A DNA stretch of 26,705 nucleotides, taken from IMG/VR virus record IMGVR_UViG_3300014656_000110, positions 1-26,705 of that record; one strand, given 5' to 3'. The notes beneath the pieces are model-generated. The model saw nothing but the letters and a program-made list of their open reading frames with translations. It was not told the origin of the DNA and ran no database searches. Position numbers and translations under genes: made by a program. This DNA is from a virus (Duplodnaviria > Caudoviricetes). This document shows, one piece after another, positions 1 to 8,759 of the stretch (position 1 is its first letter; each line of letters opens with the position of its first letter).

Positions 1-1
1 T

Positions 2-310
2 GAAAAATTAAAAAAAGGATATGTTCTCGATAAACATAATACCTCGAAACATTTTATCAGCCTTATTGCCATTGGTGATGTCTGTTTGTCTTCATCTGTA
101 ATTGCAGAACTCCAGGCATCGGGGGAAATAATACAATCTTATATGGTTGATAAGTTTGAACACCATATCGATATTATTGGGCATGATGGTGAGGACTGGG
201 GGACGTTAAGGAAAGGAGAAACCCCGAAAAAGAATATATCAAAAGAATCAGCATCAAAATTAAAGTCCATAATCGACCGCCGTAAAGCAGAAGCAAAATT
301 CGAATTTTAA
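2..310 (+). CDS. 5'-truncated protein, probably WGR-domain containing
   Basis: Frame is open from base 2 (EKLKKGYVLDKH...), so the listed 86..310 ORF is only the tail. EKLKKGY matches the K-x-K-K-G-Y end of WGR domains. Ends IDRRKAEAKFEF. Confidence 0.55.
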   Translation, partial: EKLKKGYVLDKHNTSKHFISLIAIGDVCLSSSVIAELQASGEIIQSYMVDKFEHHIDIIGHDGEDWGTLRKGETPKKNISKESASKLKSIIDRRKAEAKFEF

Positions 311-322
311 TGTTTTTAAATC

Positions 323-337
323 ACAGTAAATATTTAG
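323..337 (+). promoter_or_regulatory. Conserved motif copy 1 (ACAGTAAATATTTAG)
   Basis: Intergenic, about 30 nt before the ATG at 367; motif recurs seven times. Confidence 0.7.
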
Positions 338-366
338 TTCGTTACATATAAAGGAGAAACAAAATA

Positions 367-1476
367 ATGATCACTTGTAAAGTATGTGGAATTCAAGCCC
401 ATGACCTTAAACCCCATTTTATTGGGGGCCGGAAGCCAGAATGTACTTTGACCTTGGGAGAATACACCACAAAATACCCCGGGGAACCTTTAGCATCAGA
501 ACTTTTCCAGAAAAAGTTGGATGAACTGAGAATTAAAAAGAAAATCAGTGGTAGCTTGACTGTAAAAAAATATTCCATTGCAAAAACTTTTGGTTTTGCC
601 CTTGGAAAAGACAGTGACGTTAATGGTTTTGTTGAACGTACCCAAGCAGTCCCAGATATCGATCCCGAATATAAATTTCCGGCGGAAGCCACAAAAATTG
701 TTCTTCTTGGGCTGCAAACAAACCGCCCAACAATGGTTCATGGACCAACCGGATCAGGAAAATCCACGCTTATTGAGCAAATTGCGGCCCGGATTAATTA
801 TCCCGTTATGCGGGTCAATCACCACAAAGACATGTATTCTTATGACATCGTTGGGCAGAAAAAAATAGAAGATGGCAACACGGCTTTCGAATATGGACCG
901 GCAGCCATCGCAATGAGGCAACCCATGATCCTTGTAATGGATGAATGGGATGCAACCAACCCGGAAGTAGCTTTATTGTATCAATCGCTCTTAGAACGCA
1001 AATCTGATGGTTCTCGCCTGGGCAGTTTAGTTCTGACTGCAAACAGCGGGGAACGGTTAGATTCAGACCCAAACTTCCGAATTGTGGCAACTTCAAACAC
1101 AACCGGTTTGGGGGATGACAAAGGTTATTACCAGGGAACAGAAGTCCAAAACATTGCCTTTGTTTCCCGTTTTCTGCTCAGGGTGAAATTGGATTATATG
1201 GAACAAAAAGATGAAAGGGAACTTTTAAAAAAGAAGTTCCCCGGGTTGTCTGAAGAGGAAGCAACGGGTTTTTCAAAAGTTGCCAACCTTATCCGGAAAC
1301 GTTTTGAAGCCGGTGAACTGAATGTACCTTATTCCATCCGAGATCTCATCAATTGGGTTGATCTTTACCTTATGATTGGGGATGCCGGAAAGGCAATGCA
1401 ATTTTCTTGTACTTCTATCCTTCCATATACGGATGAAAAAGTCATCTCTGAGATTGTTCAAAGAACATTTAGTTAA
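367..1476 (+). CDS. MoxR-clade (CobS/CbbQ-like) AAA+ ATPase with N-terminal Zn-finger-like segment
   Basis: Walker A GPTGSGKS, Walker B VMDEWD, FRIVATSN, SRF Arg finger, SIRDL sensor; N-terminal CKVC...H...H; SD AAGGAG. Confidence 0.9.
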   Translation: MITCKVCGIQAHDLKPHFIGGRKPECTLTLGEYTTKYPGEPLASELFQKKLDELRIKKKISGSLTVKKYSIAKTFGFALGKDSDVNGFVERTQAVPDIDPEYKFPAEATKIVLLGLQTNRPTMVHGPTGSGKSTLIEQIAARINYPVMRVNHHKDMYSYDIVGQKKIEDGNTAFEYGPAAIAMRQPMILVMDEWDATNPEVALLYQSLLERKSDGSRLGSLVLTANSGERLDSDPNFRIVATSNTTGLGDDKGYYQGTEVQNIAFVSRFLLRVKLDYMEQKDERELLKKKFPGLSEEEATGFSKVANLIRKRFEAGELNVPYSIRDLINWVDLYLMIGDAGKAMQFSCTSILPYTDEKVISEIVQRTFS

Positions 1477-1488
1477 TCGGTTAAAATA

Positions 1489-1512
1489 AAAGGGGTCACA
1501 CGATTCCCCTTT
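1489..1512 (+). other. Intergenic hairpin
   Basis: AAAGGGG / CCCCTTT inverted repeat between the AAA+ and vWA genes. Confidence 0.5.
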
Positions 1513-1532
1513 ATCATTTTGGAGGGACATGA

Positions 1533-3533
1533 ATGCTTATCGCACGCACCGTATTGGAAACTGTGGCAAAGGCTTTGACTGATGCCCATGATGTAAAAGT
1601 AGTTTTTTACGGAGACAGATGTGAAACAGATGGTCGGGTGATCACTTTGCCTTCTCTGCCAGATAAAATCCCGGCAGAAATCATTTCGATGCTCCGGGGA
1701 TACCTCGACCATGAAGTTGGACATATTGCCTTTACTGATTTTAAAACTTACCGAAAATTACCGAAAAACGAGACTGAACGTTTCGCCCTGAACGCCATTG
1801 AAGATGTTCGGATTGAGTTGGAAATGGAGAGTATTTGGAAAGGTTGCAAAGTTAATTTTGAAAGAGCGTTTGACATGGTTTCTGAAGATCTTACCACCGG
1901 TAAAAAGAAAGATGCTTGGGAGAAACATGATGCTGTAACCAAAGTTTTCATCCTTTTTATAGCAGTTGCCCGTTACGGCTTTGATGTCCCCCTCCTTGTC
2001 GAATATAGCCCTGAATATAGCCCAATAATAGATGAACTTTCCGATGAAATTGAAGCGTCCCATGAACTGGGAGACACCGAAGAGGCTTATGAAATGGCCG
2101 TAAGGGTATTGGAAAAAATAGAACATATTGTCAGAGAACATTCCCGTCATCCTCTTTTAATACCAAAGAAAAAGAAAACGGGAGAAGGTGACATGTCGGC
2201 CGAAGAGGCAGCCGGGGCCAGTGGTGGTGGCAGTGGTGGTGGCAGTGGTACTGGCAAACCACCGAAAGATGGCAGTAAAGGTCCAAAAGATCACTCTGTG
2301 GCTACTGAGGAAAAAGGCTCTTCCTCTGGTGTTGCCCCGGGAACTGAAACGGATGAAGAAACCTATGAAATGGGGGAAGATATTGATGATGACATTGAAA
2401 CAGAAGAAGGAGGTAGTGATGACACTGGAACAGACGAGGAAGAGGTGGAAGAAGTGGAAGAAATGGAATCTGAAACAGAAAAAGGAGAAGATAAAAAATC
2501 TGGCGGAGAAGCAGGAGAATCGGAGGATAGCGAAGATAAAGGCTCGGACGAAGAGGAACCAGCTATCGATGAAGAGATCCTTGAACGACTCCGAGAATCT
2601 TTAAAAGACGATGCTTCAAAAGTTCTGCCCGATGTTAGTGGAAAAATCAAAATAAAGACTTCCTCATTGAGAGGGTACCGGGTTTTAACATCGGAAAAGG
2701 ACACTTTCACAGAATGGCCAGGGACAAAACTCGGCCAGGACGAATATGAAATATTCAAAAAATCCTGTAATGGCATTGTCGGTGTTTTAAAGAACCAACT
2801 TAACCGGCTTTTAATGTCAAAGAAAAGGGCCTCTTGGATGGGAGGGAAACAACATGGGGTTGTGAATCCTGCCACACTCCACATGGCTGTTCAACGAACT
2901 TCTAACAAGCTCTATAGAGTCCGGATGGAAGGTAAAAAGATCAATAGCGCTGTTTCCATTTTGGTTGATTTATCAGGTTCCATGGGTGGTGAACGGATGC
3001 GTAAAGCCAATGAAACGGTTGTATTGATGACTGAAACTCTTCATTTGGCCGGCATCCCTTTTGAAATACTTGGTTTCACAGGTGACAAATTAGTATCCGG
3101 GGCATCGGGGGAAGGAGCCCACCATTTTGACCGTTACGGATCGCTGGACATGTACTATTTTAAACTCTTCAGTGAACCTTTGAACCAAATCACAAAAAAA
3201 CGGATTGGGTCCATGAGGGCTAAATCACAAAATTATGATGGTGAGAGTGTTCGGTTTGCGGCTATTCGTCTTTTGAAACGACCAGAGCGTAAAAAGGTTC
3301 TATTTGTCCTTTCTGATGGGGAACCATCTGCCTGTCACTGTAAAAGTAGTTCTTTATCTCCACATTTAAAACAAGTGTGTTCAGAATTGCAAAATTTACA
3401 AGATTTTTATCTTTGTGGTTTTGGCATTCAAACCGATGCACCAAAGCGATTTTACCGGAATCATGTCCTTGTCAATGATCTTAAAGAACTACCAAAAGTT
3501 CTGATGGAAAATCTATATCGTGCTCTTATATAA
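1533..3533 (+). CDS. CobT-like vWA protein: N-terminal HExxH domain, Gly/acidic linker, C-terminal vWA
   Basis: YLDHEVGH and NAIEDVRIE; long D/E-rich linker; MIDAS DLSGS and LSDGEP; adjacent to the MoxR ATPase; SD GGAGG. Confidence 0.88.
   Translation: MLIARTVLETVAKALTDAHDVKVVFYGDRCETDGRVITLPSLPDKIPAEIISMLRGYLDHEVGHIAFTDFKTYRKLPKNETERFALNAIEDVRIELEMESIWKGCKVNFERAFDMVSEDLTTGKKKDAWEKHDAVTKVFILFIAVARYGFDVPLLVEYSPEYSPIIDELSDEIEASHELGDTEEAYEMAVRVLEKIEHIVREHSRHPLLIPKKKKTGEGDMSAEEAAGASGGGSGGGSGTGKPPKDGSKGPKDHSVATEEKGSSSGVAPGTETDEETYEMGEDIDDDIETEEGGSDDTGTDEEEVEEVEEMESETEKGEDKKSGGEAGESEDSEDKGSDEEEPAIDEEILERLRESLKDDASKVLPDVSGKIKIKTSSLRGYRVLTSEKDTFTEWPGTKLGQDEYEIFKKSCNGIVGVLKNQLNRLLMSKKRASWMGGKQHGVVNPATLHMAVQRTSNKLYRVRMEGKKINSAVSILVDLSGSMGGERMRKANETVVLMTETLHLAGIPFEILGFTGDKLVSGASGEGAHHFDRYGSLDMYYFKLFSEPLNQITKKRIGSMRAKSQNYDGESVRFAAIRLLKRPERKKVLFVLSDGEPSACHCKSSSLSPHLKQVCSELQNLQDFYLCGFGIQTDAPKRFYRNHVLVNDLKELPKVLMENLYRALI
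2219..2254 (+). repeat. 12-bp in-frame tandem repeat, 3 copies (CAGTGGTGGTGG)
   Basis: Two exact copies and one with two mismatches, encoding SGGG-SGGG-SGTG. Confidence 0.8.
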
Positions 3534-3616
3534 GGGGAGACCTCACAAATGATCACCCCACCCCGCCGATAATAATACAAGAGATTGAACGCTATAGAAG
3601 AATAGGAATTTTGTCC

Positions 3617-3650
3617 TTGACGAAGATAATAAATTAAAGTAAATAATTAC
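3617..3650 (+). promoter_or_regulatory. Possible sigma70 -35 (TTGACG) plus conserved motif copy 2 (GTAAATAATTAC, 3639-3650)
   Basis: TTGACG at 3617-3622; the motif covers the expected -10 position; 23 nt before the ATG at 3673. Confidence 0.6.
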
Positions 3651-3672
3651 TTCCATAGAAAAGGAACTCATT

Positions 3673-4389
3673 ATGACCGACACAAAAAATAATCCTGACT
3701 GTTTTGGACTGTTGTATGACAAAGTTGCTTGCTCCAATTGTTTCGTGGCAACTGATTGTCAAAAACAATCGGTAGGTGATACTCCCGCCCCCTCAAACTT
3801 ACACACCCCCGAAACAGATGACCTGGAAGCGTTGGCGGCTGCCGAACTGGAAGCTGAACAGGAAGCCGAACAGGCCCTTGAAGTTGAAGCCGTTACCAAA
3901 GCCGAAAAACCGGAAAAGACCATACAGGCCCCGCCCAAGAAAAAGGTTCCAACGGTTAAAAAGCCCGCCCCTAAGAAAAAATTATCTTTCATTAACCGCA
4001 AACCTTTTAAAGAACTGATGGCAGAAGGAAAGATAACCTCATTGGTGGATGAAACGAACAATAAAACCTATATGGAAGTTGTCGTTGGTGATGGGGTCGA
4101 AGTTTATAAATCTCAAATTTACCATGAAAAAAATCTTAAACAATTCGCCGCCACCGGTGCCAACCCCTTTAAACCTGAATCAATCCCCGGAAAAGCATTT
4201 GAATTTCTCCAGAAAGGAGAAGAGATTTCATTCAGTGACACCTTCAATTATTTAAAAGGTACTCATCCCGACAAAAATGACACAACCTTAATGAGTCGGG
4301 CAGCCGATGTCCTTGCCGGTGCTTCTTTTTTCGGGATTGCAATAATCACCCGAAAAGAGGGCCGTCAGAAATTTTTCAAGATTCAATAA
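3673..4389 (+). CDS. Hypothetical protein with N-terminal 4-Cys CFG module, charged linker and possible helical DNA-binding C-terminus
   Basis: PDCFG-x7-CSNC-x4-DC; E/A-rich then K/P-rich linker; SD AAGGA. The C-terminal fold is a guess. Confidence 0.75.
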   Translation: MTDTKNNPDCFGLLYDKVACSNCFVATDCQKQSVGDTPAPSNLHTPETDDLEALAAAELEAEQEAEQALEVEAVTKAEKPEKTIQAPPKKKVPTVKKPAPKKKLSFINRKPFKELMAEGKITSLVDETNNKTYMEVVVGDGVEVYKSQIYHEKNLKQFAATGANPFKPESIPGKAFEFLQKGEEISFSDTFNYLKGTHPDKNDTTLMSRAADVLAGASFFGIAIITRKEGRQKFFKIQ

Positions 4390-4398
4390 ACAGACCGC

Positions 4399-4425
4399 CA
4401 GGGGTAAAGCATTTCTTTACCCCTG
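4399..4425 (+). other. Intergenic hairpin before dnaE
   Basis: Perfect 11-bp stem CAGGGGTAAAG / CTTTACCCCTG with no U tract. Confidence 0.65.
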
Positions 4426-4448
4426 ACAACTGATAAAGGAGTTTTACC

Positions 4449-7400
4449 GTGAGTTTTGTTCATTTACACTGCCATTCAAGCCATTCTTTACTTGACGGTT
4501 TGGGGAATCCCGCCGAGTGGGTTGACACTGCCAAGAAGAAAGGAATGACCGCACTGGCCTTGTCAGATCATGGATCATGCAGTTCAGCATTGGCCTTTTA
4601 TAAAGCTGCAAAAGAGAAAGGCATTACTCCGATTGTCGGCACTGAGTTTTATGTTAACGACGATCCAGCCTTTAGACCAGAAAAAAAGAATGAACGCCCA
4701 CCCCGTTTTCACATGACCGTTTTGGCAAAAAATTGGAATGGGTTACAATCAATTTTTAAACAATCTGCTATTGCTAATCAACAATTTTATTACAAACCGG
4801 TATTGTCATTAAAACAGTGTGAAAACTTCAATGATTGTGTTGTTATGACGGGTTGCGCCGTTGGAATCCTCTCACACCCATATTATAAAAAAATAGTCAC
4901 CAAATTACATGATATTTATGGTGGCGACTTTTATATTGAGATCATGCCCCACTGGTTGGAAATTCAGAAGATAGTCAATGAACGGGCCTTTGTAATCTGC
5001 CATGAACTTGGAATCAGTCCCGTGGCAACAAATGATTGCCATTACCCAAACGCTGAAGACACTTTGACCCATGATATTCTATTGGCCATCCAGACGAACC
5101 GGAAACCTAATGATACAAAGATGTTTTCTTTTATTGGTAGTGAAGAACCAATGGACGGTCTTTATTTAAAAAACACCTCCGAAATGATTCATTCTTTTAA
5201 ACCGTGGGTACAAAATGGGACTTTTGATCTGGCCTTCGTGAACAAATCTTTTATGGCCACCGTTGAGATCGCAAAAAAATGTTCTGGATTGGAAATTCCA
5301 CAACTCAATTTTAACCTTCCCTCAATCCCCTTATTAAAAGGGGCAACACCGGCTGAAGAATCAAATTTTCTGGTCAAGAAGGTTATGCAAGGATGGACAG
5401 AAATTTTGCCTACGGGTATTGACCCCGCCGTATACCGAAAACGCCTTCGGCATGAATTAAAGGTCATCTCTAAAATCGGAGCCGTGCGATACTTCTTAAT
5501 TGTCTGGGATATCGTCCGTGAGGCCAAGGAAAGGGATGTTCTTTGTGGTTTTGGTCGTGGGTCTGCCGGTGGGTCGTTGGTTGCTTATCTGCTCCGTATC
5601 GTTGGTTTAGACCCTTTAAAACATGAATTGTATTTTGAACGTTTTCTCCGTGAGGATCGGATTGATATGCCTGATATTGATCTTGATTTTGCCGGTAAGG
5701 ATCGAGATGTCGTTATCCAATATATCAAAGATACTTACGGTGAAGAAAATGTTTGCCAGATTAGTACGTCATCCATCATGCACGGAAAAACAGCTTTCCG
5801 TGATGTAGCCAGGGTGTATGGTGTCGAATTTAATACCGCCATCATGCTTTCTAAAAGGATCGATAATGATCTTTCTTTGGAAGAGAATTTCAATGATGAT
5901 TCCGTCTTGTCTGATTTTCGGATTAAAAACCCGGAAATTGTTCGCCATGCTACACGCCTGGATGGGCAATTGAGATCAAAAGGACTCCATGCCGGCGGCG
6001 TTATTATTTCAGAAGATGGTTTTGATGATCGTGGAGTTCTGGAATATCGGAAAAAGGCTTTTACAATTAATTGGAATATGGAAGAGGTCGAAAATTTTGG
6101 GTTATTGAAAGTTGATATTTTGGGCTTGAGTAATCTTTCCGTATTAAATGACACCTCAAGGTTGGTAAAAAAACGGACTGGTAAGGGTATTGATTATTTT
6201 AAAATTGAACCAAATGATCCAAAAGTTTTGGCATTGTTTTCCGATGGTTTTACGGCTGGATTTTTCCAGTTTGAGTCTACCGGAATCACTGGCCTATGTA
6301 AGCGTTTAGCCCCAATTACCAATTTTGAAACTTTGGTACATGTCAATGCTTTGTACCGTCCAGGGCCGTTGGATTCCGGTATGGTTGAGTCGTATGTTCG
6401 CCGATATCGGAAAGAGGAAGGGATTTCATATAATCACCCTTCGGAGACTGAGATTACAAGGGAAACCTTGGGGATGCCAATTTTTCAAGAGCAGATCATG
6501 GCATATTTTGTCCGTTTGGCCGGGTTCTCATGGCCTGAAGCGGATACCATGAGAAAGATCATTGCAAAGTCCAAGGGTATCGAAAAACTGGAAGAGAAAC
6601 GCCCCATTTTTGTAAAAGGATGTGAAGAGGTTTCCGGGATCAAAGAGGATACCGCCAATATCATCTATGATCAGATTGTTAAGTTCGGAGAATACGGGTT
6701 CAATAAATCTCATTCTGCCGATTATGGATTGATTTCATATCTTACCGCCTGGGCAAAACTTCATTATCCAATGGAGTTCATATGTTCATTACTCCGATCA
6801 GTTACCGATGAGAGTGACCAGACAGACAAATACATCAAAGAGTTAAACCGTTTGGGCGGGAAGGTCCTTGGGCCGGATATTAACCGGTCTGAAGAAACTT
6901 TCACCTCAGATGGTGATGATATTTTGGTCGGTTTTTCTTCCGTGAAAGGAGTTGGCCCCACGGCTGCCCAAAAGATAGTCGAAGGTCGGGAAAAAGTCGG
7001 GGAGTTCATATCCTTTGAACATTTCATGGAAAATACCGAACGCCGTACCGTTAATAAGAGAGTCGTCGAAGCATTGGCCAAGGCGGGAGCGTTCAATTCT
7101 ATTTGTAAAAATGCCAAATGGATTATTGATTGGTATCCAGCTTGGGTAAAAGGTGGAAAAACCGCTTCTGAAATACCACACCCGGGGGCCTATACCGATT
7201 TTGATTCCCGGGTGAAAGACTCCATGAAAATTGAATGTGTTCCCGGTATATTCACTGGTGATGACATTGAAGTGGAAGCACAAATGGAAATCGATAAGGT
7301 TGTTTTGGAAATGCTTCAAGGGCAAATCAGGGAATGTGATCAATGCGAACTGAGATCCGCCTCTGGGCCTGTGCCGTTCCACTTCGGGCGCGACAATCAA

Positions 7401-7856
7401 ATCCTTGTTGTATCGCAAAAGGTAAATAGCCAAGAAGAATCAGCCGACCGCCCCATGGTCGGGAAAATTGGCGCCCAGGTTGAGGAGATTTTTAGGGAAC
7501 GGCTCGGTTTAACACCGGGGAAGTTCCTCATGGCGAATATGTTCCAATGTCGTCCTCCAGGCGACAAACTGGAAAAGGAGGTTATGGAAAGAGTAGAATG
7601 TGCAAAAATTTGGCTCAGCAAATTAATTAAGGCAACAAAACCAGGAGTTATCTTCGCAATGGGTGGGGCAGCTCACACATTTTTCACCAAAAAAACGTTC
7701 GGAATTAATGCGGCCAACGGCACAACCTTATGGATGCCTGAATATCAGTGTTTAGTGGTCTTCGCCATCCACCCGGGCCAGTTATACTTTGATTCCACCG
7801 GTGAAAAGAAAGATATGTTTGTTAAAGCAGTTGATAAATTGAAAAACTATTTATAA
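4449..7856 (+). CDS. dnaE: DNA polymerase III alpha-like (C family) fused to a C-terminal family-4 uracil-DNA-glycosylase-like domain
   Basis: PHP motifs HLHCHS, SDHG, NDCHY; GRGSAGGSLVAY, FERFL, PDIDLDF, KVDILGL, FNKSH; HhH VKGVG. From about 7300: CDQC, RPMVGKIG, NMFQCRPP, KPGVIFAMG, HPGQL. GTG start with SD AAGGAG. Confidence 0.95.
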   Translation: MSFVHLHCHSSHSLLDGLGNPAEWVDTAKKKGMTALALSDHGSCSSALAFYKAAKEKGITPIVGTEFYVNDDPAFRPEKKNERPPRFHMTVLAKNWNGLQSIFKQSAIANQQFYYKPVLSLKQCENFNDCVVMTGCAVGILSHPYYKKIVTKLHDIYGGDFYIEIMPHWLEIQKIVNERAFVICHELGISPVATNDCHYPNAEDTLTHDILLAIQTNRKPNDTKMFSFIGSEEPMDGLYLKNTSEMIHSFKPWVQNGTFDLAFVNKSFMATVEIAKKCSGLEIPQLNFNLPSIPLLKGATPAEESNFLVKKVMQGWTEILPTGIDPAVYRKRLRHELKVISKIGAVRYFLIVWDIVREAKERDVLCGFGRGSAGGSLVAYLLRIVGLDPLKHELYFERFLREDRIDMPDIDLDFAGKDRDVVIQYIKDTYGEENVCQISTSSIMHGKTAFRDVARVYGVEFNTAIMLSKRIDNDLSLEENFNDDSVLSDFRIKNPEIVRHATRLDGQLRSKGLHAGGVIISEDGFDDRGVLEYRKKAFTINWNMEEVENFGLLKVDILGLSNLSVLNDTSRLVKKRTGKGIDYFKIEPNDPKVLALFSDGFTAGFFQFESTGITGLCKRLAPITNFETLVHVNALYRPGPLDSGMVESYVRRYRKEEGISYNHPSETEITRETLGMPIFQEQIMAYFVRLAGFSWPEADTMRKIIAKSKGIEKLEEKRPIFVKGCEEVSGIKEDTANIIYDQIVKFGEYGFNKSHSADYGLISYLTAWAKLHYPMEFICSLLRSVTDESDQTDKYIKELNRLGGKVLGPDINRSEETFTSDGDDILVGFSSVKGVGPTAAQKIVEGREKVGEFISFEHFMENTERRTVNKRVVEALAKAGAFNSICKNAKWIIDWYPAWVKGGKTASEIPHPGAYTDFDSRVKDSMKIECVPGIFTGDDIEVEAQMEIDKVVLEMLQGQIRECDQCELRSASGPVPFHFGRDNQILVVSQKVNSQEESADRPMVGKIGAQVEEIFRERLGLTPGKFLMANMFQCRPPGDKLEKEVMERVECAKIWLSKLIKATKPGVIFAMGGAAHTFFTKKTFGINAANGTTLWMPEYQCLVVFAIHPGQLYFDSTGEKKDMFVKAVDKLKNYL

Positions 7857-7879
7857 TTCAAATTTAGGAGAATAAAATT

Positions 7880-8629
7880 ATGGCGAATTTGAGAGAAACA
7901 CGCAAACGGATGGATGAGCTTGGATTGACATGGATAAAAACAGATACCGTTGAGGATATGCTGCCCCAGATTGCAGGGTCGGAGTGCGGGATTGAAGAGA
8001 CTGTAAAAACCGAATTGGAATTGGACGAAGCCAAAGTAGAAGCAGAACAGGCCGAACTGAAAAAGACAAGGGAACCCGCCCCGGCCATGCCTAAAGGACT
8101 TGGCAAACCAAAACCGGCCAGCCAGGATCTTGATGGATCATCTGAAACGGTCGCCGGATTGCTTGCCTCAACCGAGGGTATGACCATCTCCGGGCTTATC
8201 GATGGATTGACAATCACTGAAGCCGATTTGACAACCGATTTCATGAAACAACCTGCCCTTCATGCCCGGGTCGTCGTTCTGGCTGCCACGGCCAATGGCA
8301 AGATGCTGTCTGCAAAATCACGCAGGAGAGTGGTCGAGGGTGAATTGTATAAGAAACATAAGGAAAAATTGATTGAAGGGGGAATCGCAAAGCCCACAGA
8401 AAAAGCCATTGGAGCTGAGGTGGATACCGATCCTGCATGGATCGCTTCCGAAGATTATTATGCCAGTACCACCGAGGCATACGGTTTGTTCAAAGGGTTG
8501 TGCAAGTCCTATGAAGACCGAAAAGATATGCTGGTACAGATGGGGGCCGGACAACGGCAGGAAAAGGACCAAACTGGTTTTTCCATGCATGGAAAGGCCA
8601 TGGATGTTATCGGCAAAAAAACTGCTTAA
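7880..8629 (+). CDS. UvsY-like recombination mediator (putative) with N-terminal extension
   Basis: Helical C-terminal half DFMKQPAL...KPTEKAI...YEDRKDMLVQMGA resembles the UvsY-like family of large phages; sits next to SSB and RecA. Confidence 0.6.
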   Translation: MANLRETRKRMDELGLTWIKTDTVEDMLPQIAGSECGIEETVKTELELDEAKVEAEQAELKKTREPAPAMPKGLGKPKPASQDLDGSSETVAGLLASTEGMTISGLIDGLTITEADLTTDFMKQPALHARVVVLAATANGKMLSAKSRRRVVEGELYKKHKEKLIEGGIAKPTEKAIGAEVDTDPAWIASEDYYASTTEAYGLFKGLCKSYEDRKDMLVQMGAGQRQEKDQTGFSMHGKAMDVIGKKTA

Positions 8630-8660
8630 TTATTAAAATCTGAATATATAACCAACCTAC

Positions 8661-8696
8661 CGGAGTGCATAAATGTCCGGTTTTTTATGCACTCCG
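8661..8696 (+). other. Intergenic hairpin
   Basis: Perfect 13-bp stem CGGAGTGCATAAA / TTTATGCACTCCG. Confidence 0.7.
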
Positions 8697-8700
8697 CCTA

Positions 8701-8715
8701 ACAGTAAATATTTAC
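8701..8715 (+). promoter_or_regulatory. Conserved motif copy 3 (ACAGTAAATATTTAC)
   Basis: Perfect 12-bp palindrome GTAAATATTTAC at 8704-8715, upstream of the SSB gene. Confidence 0.75.
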
Positions 8716-8759
8716 TACCTTATATTATTTTTTAATCACACTTGAAAGGAGAATCAACA

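Noticed and set aside
2219-2254. Phase-variable repeat
   Set aside because: The 12-bp unit preserves frame and only encodes a Gly/Ser linker.
367-3533. Cobaltochelatase CobST for B12 synthesis, tempting given nrdJ
   Set aside because: No cobN or other cob genes in the window; Zn finger and context fit the phage MoxR/vWA type.
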